Assembly: GCA_963776245.1 (NCBI GenBank)
Contig: CAVZLN010000009.1
Location: forward strand, 192,001-256,000
Direction: 5' to 3'
DNA: 64,000 bases
Origin: Candidatus Eiseniibacteriota bacterium
GTDB lineage: Bacteria > Eisenbacteria > RBG-16-71-46
A model generated the notes under the pieces. It made no database searches and was not told the DNA's origin. It saw only the letters and a program-made list of their open reading frames with translations. This document shows positions 12,478 to 21,048 of this stretch, in pieces (the stretch's first letter is position 1; every line of letters starts with the position of its first letter). Both the position numbers and the translations under genes were made by a program.

Positions 12478-13164
12478 ATGCCTTCCGCCGACGAGACACC
12501 GCTGCTCCGGCACGCACCGGCCACCGTGCAGGGCCGCTACCTGGCGCGCCCGCCGCGAGCCGGAACCGCGAGGCACCACTGGATCGGGTTCCACGGGTAC
12601 GCGCAGACCGCCGAGGCCATGCTGGAGGCGTTCGCCTCTTGCGTGCCCGGCGACGACTGGCTGGTGGTATCGGTGCAGGCGCTGCATCCCTTCTACGTCG
12701 GGAGCAGCAATGTTGTGGTGGCAAGCTGGATGACACGGCTCGATCGCGAATCCGCGATCGCGAGCAACGTGGCCTATGTGGACACGGTGGTGGAGCAGCT
12801 CGAGCGCGAGTTCGGGACGCCGCGGACGCGCGTGTTCGCTGGATTCTCCCAGGGCGTCGGCATGGCCTATCGCGCCGGGGCGCTCGGCCGCCATGGCTGC
12901 GAGGCCATCATCGCGGTGGGCGGCGACGTGCCGCCCGAACTGGCGGCGGCGCCCCCGCGCCCGTGGCCCCTCGTGCTCGCGATGACGGGTGAGCGCGACG
13001 CGTACCACCCTCCCGCCGCACTCGAGCGTGACGTGGAGCGGCTCCGAGCGCACGGCACCGACGTGCGATCGAGGGTGCTCGGCGGTGCGCATGAATGGTC
13101 CGCGGAGGTCGCCGAGGCCGCCGCGTCCCTGCTGCGCGAACTGCAGACCCGGCCCAATCGCTGA
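12478..13164 (+). CDS. Alpha/beta hydrolase (phospholipase/carboxylesterase family)
   Basis: GFHGYAQ, nucleophile motif GFSQG, GERDAY, GGAHEW (Ser-Asp-His triad). Confidence 0.82.
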   Translation: MPSADETPLLRHAPATVQGRYLARPPRAGTARHHWIGFHGYAQTAEAMLEAFASCVPGDDWLVVSVQALHPFYVGSSNVVVASWMTRLDRESAIASNVAYVDTVVEQLEREFGTPRTRVFAGFSQGVGMAYRAGALGRHGCEAIIAVGGDVPPELAAAPPRPWPLVLAMTGERDAYHPPAALERDVERLRAHGTDVRSRVLGGAHEWSAEVAEAAASLLRELQTRPNR

Positions 13165-13519
13165 GCCGGGAGGGCGAGGCCGACGGGCTGAGCACGGCGG
13201 TTCGATTCGGCCTCCGCTCTCACTCAAGAAGATGAGCAAGCGGGTGCCCGCGTGACTCGGGCTGCGCGCCGGACGCCGCCGTCGACACGATTTCGCTTGA
13301 CACGTTTCGCGCACCCTGGCGTGCTCGACTCAGCGCCCGCGCTGCGACTGCGCGTCTGCGCGCGCAGGATGCGCGCAGTGGTCCTCGCGACTGCGAGCGG
13401 CGGTCATTTTGCGCGATGCCCCGCGCGGCGCGCGCTCCGGGCACCCACGAGCGTCTCGAACACGCGTGATAGAAAGAGTGCCTGCCCCCGCGACCGAGTC
13501 CCCGTTGCGGAGTCCCGCC

Positions 13520-14935
13520 ATGTCGTCCTACTCGCTGTCCCAGCTCTCCGACCCGGTCCTGCTGCGCGACCTGGCCGCGCTCGTCTCCCAGGACCGAGTC
13601 ACCACCGCTTCGATACTGGCCCACCTCGCCGAGGTCGATGCCCGCCGGCTCTACCGGCCAGCCGCCTACCCGTCCATGTTCGCCTGGTGCGTGGGCGAAC
13701 TGAAGCTCTCCGAGGACGCGGCGTTCAAGCGCATCCGCGCCGCCCGCACGGCGCGGGAGTTCCCGGTCATCTTCCCGATGCTGGCCGCGGGGCGGCTGAA
13801 CCTGAGCGCGGTCCTGATGCTCGCGCCCTACCTGACCCCGGAGTCAGCCGGCGACCTGCTCGCAGCGGCCGTCGGGAAGACGAACGGCGAACTTGAGCAA
13901 CTGCTGGCCGAGCGCTTCCCACGGCCGGATGTGCCGACCCTGGTGCGGGCCATCCCCGCCGATGAACATGCCCCGGGGCATGTGGAGGATCTCGGCAGTG
14001 AACTGGCCCCGGAGCCAGTTGATGATCTCGGTGTGCAACTGGCCGCGCGGCCAGTTCACGAGAATGTCAATCAACATGCCCCGGGGCATGTTGGAGCACT
14101 GGCGCTGGCGCCAGTTGATGGTTCCGGCGTGCAACTGGCCGCGCGGCCAGTTGAGCCGCACGCGAAGCTCTCGCCTCTCTCGCCCGGGCGGTTCGCCCTG
14201 CAGCTCACCCTCGCACAGGAGACCCACGAAAAGCTGCGCTATGCCCGGGCCCTGCTCGGCCATGCCGTGCCCTCCGGCGACCTCTCGCAGGTGCTCGACC
14301 GCGCCCTCGACGCCCTGATCGCCATGCTCGAGCAGCGCCGTTTCGCCCCCACCGCTCGCTCGCGTACGGCTCCCCGCCGCCGCGCCGCGGACAGCCGCTA
14401 TGTGCCCGCCGCCATCCGTCGCGTGGTGTGGCAACGCGATGGCGGCCGGTGCACTTTCGTTGGCGCCACGGGCCACCGCTGCGAGGCCCGCACCCGACTG
14501 GAGTTCGACCACCTTGACCCGTTCGCCCGGGGCGGGCAGGGCACGCCGGATCGCCTGCGCCTGCGCTGCCGGGCGCATAACCAGTTCGAAGCGGAGCGCA
14601 CGTACGGCGCCGGGTTCATGCGCCAGAAGCGCGAGGAGTCCCGGCGCCGCGTGGCGGCGGCCCGGGAGGCGAAGCAGGCGCGGGCGGCCGCGCAGGCGCA
14701 GGAGCGCGAACGCGCAGTCGCCCGGCAGGCCAGCGCCGACGAGGTGATCCCGTGGCTCCGCGGTCTCGGCTTCCGGACCGACGAGGCGCGCCGCGCGGCG
14801 GCACTCTGCGACACCATGGCAGACGCTCCAATCGAGACCCGGGTGCGCGCCGCGCTCGCGAGCCTGGCGCCCGGCGGCACGCGCCGCGTCTCGAGCCGCG
14901 CGAGCGCTCCGGGCATGAACGCGATCGGAGGGTGA
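13520..14935 (+). CDS. HNH endonuclease with a DUF222-like N-terminus, internal palindrome-encoded repeats and a RuvA-C-like C-terminus
   Basis: LAHLAEVDARRLY..AYPSMF; VWQRDGGRCTF..RC..LEFDHLDPFARGG...CRAHN; tail WLRGLGFRTDEARRA...RVRAALASL. Confidence 0.82.
   Translation: MSSYSLSQLSDPVLLRDLAALVSQDRVTTASILAHLAEVDARRLYRPAAYPSMFAWCVGELKLSEDAAFKRIRAARTAREFPVIFPMLAAGRLNLSAVLMLAPYLTPESAGDLLAAAVGKTNGELEQLLAERFPRPDVPTLVRAIPADEHAPGHVEDLGSELAPEPVDDLGVQLAARPVHENVNQHAPGHVGALALAPVDGSGVQLAARPVEPHAKLSPLSPGRFALQLTLAQETHEKLRYARALLGHAVPSGDLSQVLDRALDALIAMLEQRRFAPTARSRTAPRRRAADSRYVPAAIRRVVWQRDGGRCTFVGATGHRCEARTRLEFDHLDPFARGGQGTPDRLRLRCRAHNQFEAERTYGAGFMRQKREESRRRVAAAREAKQARAAAQAQERERAVARQASADEVIPWLRGLGFRTDEARRAAALCDTMADAPIETRVRAALASLAPGGTRRVSSRASAPGMNAIGG
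13965..14152. repeat. Array of six 20-bp palindromes (consensus AAC-N14-GTT) inside the HNH coding sequence
   Basis: Units start at 13965, 14001, 14037, 14073, 14097 and 14133; examples AACATGCCCCGGGGCATGTT and AACTGGCCGCGCGGCCAGTT; spacers of 16, 16, 16, 4 and 16 nt. Confidence 0.92.
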
Positions 14936-14956
14936 GGAAGCCGCTGCTCTTCCCTT

Positions 14957-15772
14957 TCATCGTTTCCGCGCGATGATCTCCAGGACGGTCGGGGTGACCA
15001 GGAACGCTCCGGGGGTCGCCTCGGTGTCGTCGAAGGCCTGTTGCATCACGCGGGCACGCGCGGCGTCCACGCGACCGAGTTCGACCAGGCGCTCGAGGCC
15101 GGTCCCGACGAAGGCCTTCGGCCACTGCCACAGGAAGTCCCCGGGGCGCGCCACCTCGGTGATGGGCTCCGTGCTCTCGATCTCGAAGCCCAGGCCCGCG
15201 AGCCAGCGCGGCAGGTCGAGCGCGATGTCCGGCTCGCCACCGCTGGCGCGCCAGGAGGCCATCACCTCCACCACGAAGGCCTCGAACGCGGTGCTGCGCG
15301 GCGACAGTCGCCACGCTCGGTAGTCGAGGTACTCGTGGATCACCATCACTCCGCCCGGCCGCAGCGCGGCGGCGACCCCTTCGAGCAGGGTGCGTGGATG
15401 GCGCACGAACGAGTACACCCAGCGTGACCACGCGCCGTCGGCCAGCACCTCGGGCAGCGGCTGCTCGTCCAGATCGAGCTCGCGCGCGTCGAGCTGGGTG
15501 ATGCCGCGCGCCGCGGCCCGGGCCTGCAACACATCGAGGAAGCGCCGCGATCGATCGATCGCCACCACGCGCCCTGCCCCACCCACGATCTCGGCCAGAT
15601 CGAGCGCCGCGTAGCCCGGGCCGCACCCGACGTCGAGCAGCGTCTGGCCGACCGTGAAGCCGGCCCGCCGCCACGCCCGGCTGGCACGCGGCCGCCAGAC
15701 CCGGTGCTGCAGCCCGAGGCGCTCGATCTCCGCGTCGTGCGTGCCCAGCACGTAGTCCCGCTCAGCGCTCAT
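14957..15772 (-). CDS. Class I SAM-dependent methyltransferase
   Basis: LLDVGCGPG motif [21 protein letters not shown]. Confidence 0.88.
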   Translation of the reverse strand: MSAERDYVLGTHDAEIERLGLQHRVWRPRASRAWRRAGFTVGQTLLDVGCGPGYAALDLAEIVGGAGRVVAIDRSRRFLDVLQARAAARGITQLDARELDLDEQPLPEVLADGAWSRWVYSFVRHPRTLLEGVAAALRPGGVMVIHEYLDYRAWRLSPRSTAFEAFVVEVMASWRASGGEPDIALDLPRWLAGLGFEIESTEPITEVARPGDFLWQWPKAFVGTGLERLVELGRVDAARARVMQQAFDDTEATPGAFLVTPTVLEIIARKR

Positions 15773-16025
15773 CCGACCTCCTCGATCATGGCATCCGCCG
15801 TCGTGTCCATCCGGGGGAGACTAGCCCAGCCGCCGCGCCGCGGTGGGATGGAACCGGAACTCCAATCCGAGCCCAGAAACCTCCCCGTCGGCCGCGGTCG
15901 GGATGCCGCGCCCGGGGACCTGGCGGCGACGGCCGCAGCCGACGCGAATCCACACCGCCCCCGCGTGACTCTCACCCACCGAGACCCGCAGGTGCGGGCA
16001 GACTTCCGACCCGAGGAGCCCTTCC

Positions 16026-16424
16026 ATGGAGATGGTGATCAGCTTTCCCGGCGGCGCGCGCGTGGACGCCGAGTTCGGCCCCCACGTGGTGCGCACCGAC
16101 CAGCCTGCTCAGGGCGGTGGCGATGACTCGGCGGCCACGCCCTTCGCGACCTTCCTGGCCTCGATCGGCACGTGTGCCGGCATCTACGTGCTCGGCTTCT
16201 GCCGCCAGCGCGGTCTGCCGACCGAGGGCATCCGGATCGTCCAGAGCATGGAGACCCATCCGCACAGCGGCCTGATCGGAGGCATCCGGCTCGAGATCCA
16301 CGTGCCGGCGGGCTTCCCCGAGAAGTACCGTCCGGCGCTGATCCGCGCGGCCGAGCAGTGCGCGGTGAAGAAGCACCTCGAAGCCCCGCCGCGCTTCGAG
16401 ATCGCGACGGTGGCGGACGATTGA
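16026..16424 (+). CDS. OsmC family protein
   Basis: TDQPAQGGG; PFATFLASIGTCAG; EQCAVKKHL. Confidence 0.85.
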   Translation: MEMVISFPGGARVDAEFGPHVVRTDQPAQGGGDDSAATPFATFLASIGTCAGIYVLGFCRQRGLPTEGIRIVQSMETHPHSGLIGGIRLEIHVPAGFPEKYRPALIRAAEQCAVKKHLEAPPRFEIATVADD

Positions 16425-16448
16425 GCGCGCGCTCCGCGCCGGTTCCCC

Positions 16449-17129
16449 CTACTTCTTCCGCACCGGCACCGGCGGCAGGACCTTGACGCGCGTCGCGGAC
16501 AGGGCCCTCGTGCCGGTGACCGCGATGAGATTGTCCACCACCGTGTCGTAGCCGCTGAAGATGAGCCGGTTGTCCGACACGTGGCCCGCGGTGTACAGCT
16601 CGCCGTCGGCGGGGTCCGCGATGGCGTACAAGTTGGACCCAACCACCTTCCACGAGTGCCCGATGCACACGCAGAAGTGCGGTGGATCGGTGAGCCCGAC
16701 GATCACCGGTCTCGACTTGCTCGCGGCGTTGAGGATCCGCTTGAGCTTGTCTTTCGAGAACGCCCGGTCCTCGCCCACGAGGAGATCGGTTTCCTCGACC
16801 CTCGAATCGATCCCGTAGCCCCCGAGCACGAGAGCCAGGTTCCGCTGCCCGGACCCCGAGCCTGGCTGGTTCGCCGTCGCGCCCCGGATGGTCACGCCGT
16901 GGACCTTCTTCGTGAACGGCAGGACCTGCTTCATCGTGGGGTTGTCGATGTTGGCGCGCACGTACTGCGAAGGGCCGCCCGCGCGCTTCGACTCGTCGGC
17001 GATGATGCGGGATGAGAGCCTGTCGCCCTTCACGAAGTTGATGGCCATGCACACGCTGGCCATCCCGCAGTTCATCTCGTCTTCCTGCTGGTACGTATCG
17101 ACACCGTGGGACAGCTTCCATCCGGCCAT
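16449..17129 (-). CDS. Hypothetical protein with papain-like (peptidase C39-like) catalytic motifs
   Basis: QQEDEMNCGMAS (Q...CG), PPHFCVCIG (His), YAIADP (Asp); no signal peptide seen. Confidence 0.6.
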   Translation of the reverse strand: MAGWKLSHGVDTYQQEDEMNCGMASVCMAINFVKGDRLSSRIIADESKRAGGPSQYVRANIDNPTMKQVLPFTKKVHGVTIRGATANQPGSGSGQRNLALVLGGYGIDSRVEETDLLVGEDRAFSKDKLKRILNAASKSRPVIVGLTDPPHFCVCIGHSWKVVGSNLYAIADPADGELYTAGHVSDNRLIFSGYDTVVDNLIAVTGTRALSATRVKVLPPVPVRKK

Positions 17130-17216
17130 GGCCTGCGTCTCCTCTCTCGGGCGGCGGGCCGCGGTCGGACGGGTCTGGAACCCACATCCGGACCGCCGCC
17201 TGCGAGCCGCCAGCCC

Positions 17217-18188
17217 TCACCGATAACGAGCCTTGATGCCGCCCCAGGTGATGCGGGCGGCCGGCACGGCAGCATCTCCGAACTTCTGGATACGATGGTT
17301 GTACATGTCCACCACGTAGATGAAGCCCTCGCGATCGACAGCGACGTCCACCGGTCGGGCGAACTGACCGGGTTGTCCCCCGAGGCCTCCCCAGACGTCG
17401 ATGGTGACGCCGTTGGGAGTGAATGCCTGCATGCGGTTGTTGTCGAAGTCGGCGACATACACCCGACCGGTTGGGCCCACGGCGATACCGGCGGGGGTCT
17501 GGAACTGCCCGGGGGCCGACCCTGGTCCCCCCCACTCGAGGATCAACGAGTGATCCGGGGCCCACTTCGAGATCCGGCAGATGAGGCCGTTCATCTCGGA
17601 GACGTAGGCATTCCCGGTTCCATCGAACGCGATGCTTCCCGGCCGCATGAGCCGGGTCCCCCAGATACCGATGTAGTCACCGGTCGGAGTGAAGATCTCG
17701 ATGCGGTTGGCCCCGGCGTCCAGGACGTGGACCAGACCCGACGGGTCGATCGCGATATCGATCGGGCGGGTCATCTGGCCCGCCTGGTAGCCCCACGTGC
17801 CCCAGGTCCGCAGGAACTGACCCGAGGGGTCGAAGACCTGGACGCGGCTGTTGCTGTAGTCGGCGACGTAGACGTTGCCGGCCTCGTCCGTGCAGAGCCC
17901 GATCAGCGTCCCGAACTGGCCGACCGCGCTTCCCTGGGAGCCCCAGCTGGTGAGGTAGGTGCCGTCGGCCGCGAACTTCACGATCCGGTAGTTGTACTGA
18001 TCCGAGACGTAGAGGAAGCCATCCGGGCTCGCCGCGATGCCGTAGGGGTACTTGAGCTGGCCGGATGCGGCGCCGTAGCTACCCCACTGTGCGATGAAGA
18101 GCGGCGCCGCGAGCGCGGGCGCGCTGCAGCCCAGGAGCATGGTGGGCAGGACGAGCGCCCGGATCGACACGTGCCATGCGTTCCGCAT
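17217..18188 (-). CDS. Secreted NHL-repeat beta-propeller protein with a C-terminal TWGGIKARYR motif
   Basis: Signal peptide; repeated WGS.G...GQF..P.GIA...G.VYV.D..N.RIQ.F units; GGAGG upstream. Confidence 0.88.
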   Translation of the reverse strand: MRNAWHVSIRALVLPTMLLGCSAPALAAPLFIAQWGSYGAASGQLKYPYGIAASPDGFLYVSDQYNYRIVKFAADGTYLTSWGSQGSAVGQFGTLIGLCTDEAGNVYVADYSNSRVQVFDPSGQFLRTWGTWGYQAGQMTRPIDIAIDPSGLVHVLDAGANRIEIFTPTGDYIGIWGTRLMRPGSIAFDGTGNAYVSEMNGLICRISKWAPDHSLILEWGGPGSAPGQFQTPAGIAVGPTGRVYVADFDNNRMQAFTPNGVTIDVWGGLGGQPGQFARPVDVAVDREGFIYVVDMYNHRIQKFGDAAVPAARITWGGIKARYR

Positions 18189-18226
18189 CATGTCCTCCAG
18201 CCGAGTCAGGACATCGGCTCGTTCCC

Positions 18227-19678
18227 CTACCGCTGCTTCAGCCGCTCGATGCGCGCGTCGACGAGCACCGCCGGGAACACCTCGCCGCTCTCGAACACCG
18301 CGCGATGGCGCTCCAGCGCGTCGCCCACCTCGGCGAACGAGCGCGGCACGTGCGCGCCGCCGCCGTTGGCGCCGGTGCGCGCCGCCGCGGTGGCGTCCAG
18401 CAGGGCGTCGAGGTCCGGGGTCACGCGCCCCTGCACCATCGCCTGCGCGATGCCGGCGAGCAGCAGGTGCGGATGCGCCGAACCGTCGGGAAGGCGGAAC
18501 TCGATCGTCGGCGGGCTCACCAGCCGGCCGTCGGCGTCGGTGGCGACCACCGGCAGCCGCACCAGCGCGCTGCGGTCGTACTCGCCCCAGTTGACGCGGT
18601 TGGGCGCCTCCTTGGCCTGGCTCAGACGGACGAATGACTCTTCGGCGCGATTGCCGAACGCCATCAGCGCGCCGCCGTACTGCACCAGCCCGCCGATGAG
18701 CCAGCGGGCCGGATCGGTGAGCCGCCCGTCGGCGGCGCGGGTCGCCGCGTGCGATCCATCGAGCACCGCCGAGAGATGGAAGTGCAGCCCGTTGCCCGCG
18801 TGCCCGCGGCGCAGGATGGGCTCGAACGAGCAGCGCAGCCCCTCGGCGTGCGCGAGATTGCGCAGCACCCAGTGCGTGAGCGCCACCGCGTCGGCGGCTT
18901 CGGGCAGGGGCGCCAGCCCCAGCTCGATCTCGTGCTGCTCCCAGATCACGCCCTCGGCCTCGATCGCCTCGACGTAACCCACCTCGCTGTGCCCGTACTT
19001 GACCGGCACTCCGATCTCCGCGAGCAGCGCGAGGGCGCGCCGGCGCAGGGCCTCGCCGAATACGAACGGGGAGGTCGCGTGATAGCCGCGGTCGGCGGCG
19101 CCGTACATGTCGGTCTCGGTCGAACGGCGTCCGAGGAAGAACTCCACCTCGCCGAGCGCGCGCAGCGACACGCCGGTCTCCCGTTCCACGCGCGCGTGGG
19201 CGCGGCGCACCAGCGTGTCGGGCGACTGCGGCAGCGGCTGACCGTCGCGCCCCGAGTGGCCGCACATCACGGCGAGCGTGGGCAGCGGGGAGAACGGGTC
19301 GAGGAATGCACCCGCGACGTGCGGGCGCAGCACCACGTCCGACGCGCCCGCCTGGATGCCGAGCCCCGGGAACAGGCTGGAGCCATCGGCGCGCTCGCCG
19401 CCGGCCAGGATGTCGCGCAGATGCCCGAGGCTGCGCGGCACGAAGTCGAGGGTCTTGAGCCAGCCGTCGCCCCCCACGTGCATCAGGCTCACGACCCGGA
19501 TGCCCTGCTCGTGGACCAGTGCGGCCAGATCGTCCGCCGTCCACTCCGGCGCCGGGCGGCCGATCAGCCGCTCGAGCCGGCAGGCCGGGAACGTGCCTTC
19601 GTAGGCGTGCGCCGAGGGCGCCCGTGCCGCGCGCGCTCGACCGCCGCGTTCCTCCACGGTCACTTCCATATCCGGCAT
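18227..19678 (-). CDS. glnA: Glutamine synthetase family protein
   Basis: DGSSLF, GEVEFF, HSEVG, QHEIE, NGLHFH, RSALVRLP, IEFRLPD; overlaps the gatD stop; exact start uncertain. Confidence 0.82.
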   Translation of the reverse strand: MPDMEVTVEERGGRARAARAPSAHAYEGTFPACRLERLIGRPAPEWTADDLAALVHEQGIRVVSLMHVGGDGWLKTLDFVPRSLGHLRDILAGGERADGSSLFPGLGIQAGASDVVLRPHVAGAFLDPFSPLPTLAVMCGHSGRDGQPLPQSPDTLVRRAHARVERETGVSLRALGEVEFFLGRRSTETDMYGAADRGYHATSPFVFGEALRRRALALLAEIGVPVKYGHSEVGYVEAIEAEGVIWEQHEIELGLAPLPEAADAVALTHWVLRNLAHAEGLRCSFEPILRRGHAGNGLHFHLSAVLDGSHAATRAADGRLTDPARWLIGGLVQYGGALMAFGNRAEESFVRLSQAKEAPNRVNWGEYDRSALVRLPVVATDADGRLVSPPTIEFRLPDGSAHPHLLLAGIAQAMVQGRVTPDLDALLDATAAARTGANGGGAHVPRSFAEVGDALERHRAVFESGEVFPAVLVDARIERLKQR

Positions 19679-21048
19679 AGGAACTCCTGGATCTCGGGAA
19701 CGCCCCCCTGGAACACGAGGTAGCCATCGTGCGGCTCGCGCTCGGTGATCTCGCCCGCGATCGGCGTGGTCATCAGCCGGCGCGCGGCGTCCGGATCGCC
19801 GGGATGCACCCCCAGCGCCCAGCCGAGCTTGATGTAGGCCACCTCGGGGAGCATGTTGGCGAGCGGCGTGACACCGAGCTCGAGGATCTCGCGCCCGGTC
19901 TCGTAGACGTACATCTGGACGAACCCCCACAGCGTCTGGACCGCCATGAACACCAGCACCCCCGCCCGGTGCGCGCGCTCGAGCGCCGGGTAGAGCTTGC
20001 GGTTCACGTGGCCCAGGCCGGTGCCGGCGATGACGATGCCCTTGTACCCGCGCTCCACCAGCGAGTCGATGATGTCGGGATCCATGTTGGGGTAGTAGTA
20101 GACGATCGTCACGCGCTCCTCGAACACCGCGCTCACCGTGACCTCGCGATCGGGGCGGCGCATCCGCACACCCTCGCGCAGCACCGTGACCTTGCCCTGC
20201 TCGACCATCGCCAGCGGGATGTCGCCGAGGGTGCGGAACGTGCTGCGATACGAGGTGTGCATCTTGCGCACGCGGGTGCCGCGGTGGAGCAGGTTGTAGC
20301 GGTCCGAGGTGGGGCCGAACATGCACACCATGACCTCGGCGAGCGGGCCGTGCGCCGCGGCATAGGTGGCGTTGATCAGGTTCTGGGCGGCGTCCGACGA
20401 CGGACGGTCCGAGGAGCGCTGGCTGCCCACCATGATGACCGGCACCGGCGCGTCCTGGACCATGAACGAGAGCGCGGCGGCGGTGTGGTGCATGGTGTCC
20501 GTGCCGTGCCCGATGACCACGCCGGCGTAGCCGTCGCGGATGGCCTCGCCCACCTTCTCGGCCAGCACCTTGTACTGCTCCGGGCCCATGTTCTCGGAGA
20601 ACACCGCGAACAGCTTCTCGGTCTCCAGGTTGCAGATGTCGGCCAGTTCGGGCACCGAACCGTAGAGCTCGCCGGGCGAGAACGCGGGGATCACCGCGCC
20701 GGTCCGGTAGTCGAGCCGCGAGGCGATGGTGCCGCCGGTGCCGAGCAGCTTCACGCGCGGCTTGGCCGGGTCCACCGGGAACTGCTTTTCGGGGATCTTG
20801 TAGTGGGCTTCGCGGTAGCCGGTCTTCTTCATCTCGAGGATGGTGTCGTGGCGCAGGCCGATGTTGTACCCGCTGCCGAGCTTGAGCACCAGGTGGAGCG
20901 GGTCGGCGGTCTCCGAGCGCGGCAGCACGAGCCCGGCGAAGTCGCCGCGCGTGGTGTGCGCCTCGACCTCGCTCCACACCGTGACCCCGAAGCGCTCCAT
21001 CACCGCGCGGCAGGCGTCGCGATAGCCCTTGTAGCGGTCGTCGCTCAT
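19660..21048 (-). CDS. gatD: Glu-tRNA(Gln) amidotransferase subunit D (archaeal type)
   Basis: N-terminal LVLKLGSGYNIG domain; asparaginase-like GTGGTIASRLDYRTGAV, HGTDTM, GSQRSSDRPSSD, RVRKMHTS. Confidence 0.92.
   Translation of the reverse strand: MSDDRYKGYRDACRAVMERFGVTVWSEVEAHTTRGDFAGLVLPRSETADPLHLVLKLGSGYNIGLRHDTILEMKKTGYREAHYKIPEKQFPVDPAKPRVKLLGTGGTIASRLDYRTGAVIPAFSPGELYGSVPELADICNLETEKLFAVFSENMGPEQYKVLAEKVGEAIRDGYAGVVIGHGTDTMHHTAAALSFMVQDAPVPVIMVGSQRSSDRPSSDAAQNLINATYAAAHGPLAEVMVCMFGPTSDRYNLLHRGTRVRKMHTSYRSTFRTLGDIPLAMVEQGKVTVLREGVRMRRPDREVTVSAVFEERVTIVYYYPNMDPDIIDSLVERGYKGIVIAGTGLGHVNRKLYPALERAHRAGVLVFMAVQTLWGFVQMYVYETGREILELGVTPLANMLPEVAYIKLGWALGVHPGDPDAARRLMTTPIAGEITEREPHDGYLVFQGGVPEIQEFLCRIWK

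Noticed and set aside
13166..13224. tRNA-like T-loop GGTTCGATTC upstream of the HNH gene
   Set aside because: The T-stem has a mismatch, and no D arm, anticodon arm or CCA could be built.
13965..14152. Calling the palindrome array a CRISPR or TIGR array
   Set aside because: The repeats are not identical, the spacers are only 4-16 nt and partly similar to each other, the array lies inside an ORF, and no cas gene or Nop-domain protein is visible. The 36-nt period alone is not enough.
14073..14156. AAC...GTT ends resembling integron attC core sites
   Set aside because: The units are far shorter than attC sites, lack the L boxes and extrahelical bases, and there is no integrase in the window.
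17280..18090. Repetitive DNA within the NHL gene
   Set aside because: Explained by protein-level beta-propeller repeats; no DNA dyad symmetry.
17217..19727. Apparent giant fusion ORFs in the track (for example 107-2665, 17217-19727, 23208-26690, 43820-45877)
   Set aside because: The N-terminal extensions are out-of-frame reads of neighbouring genes; better starts with RBS or overlap signals lie downstream.
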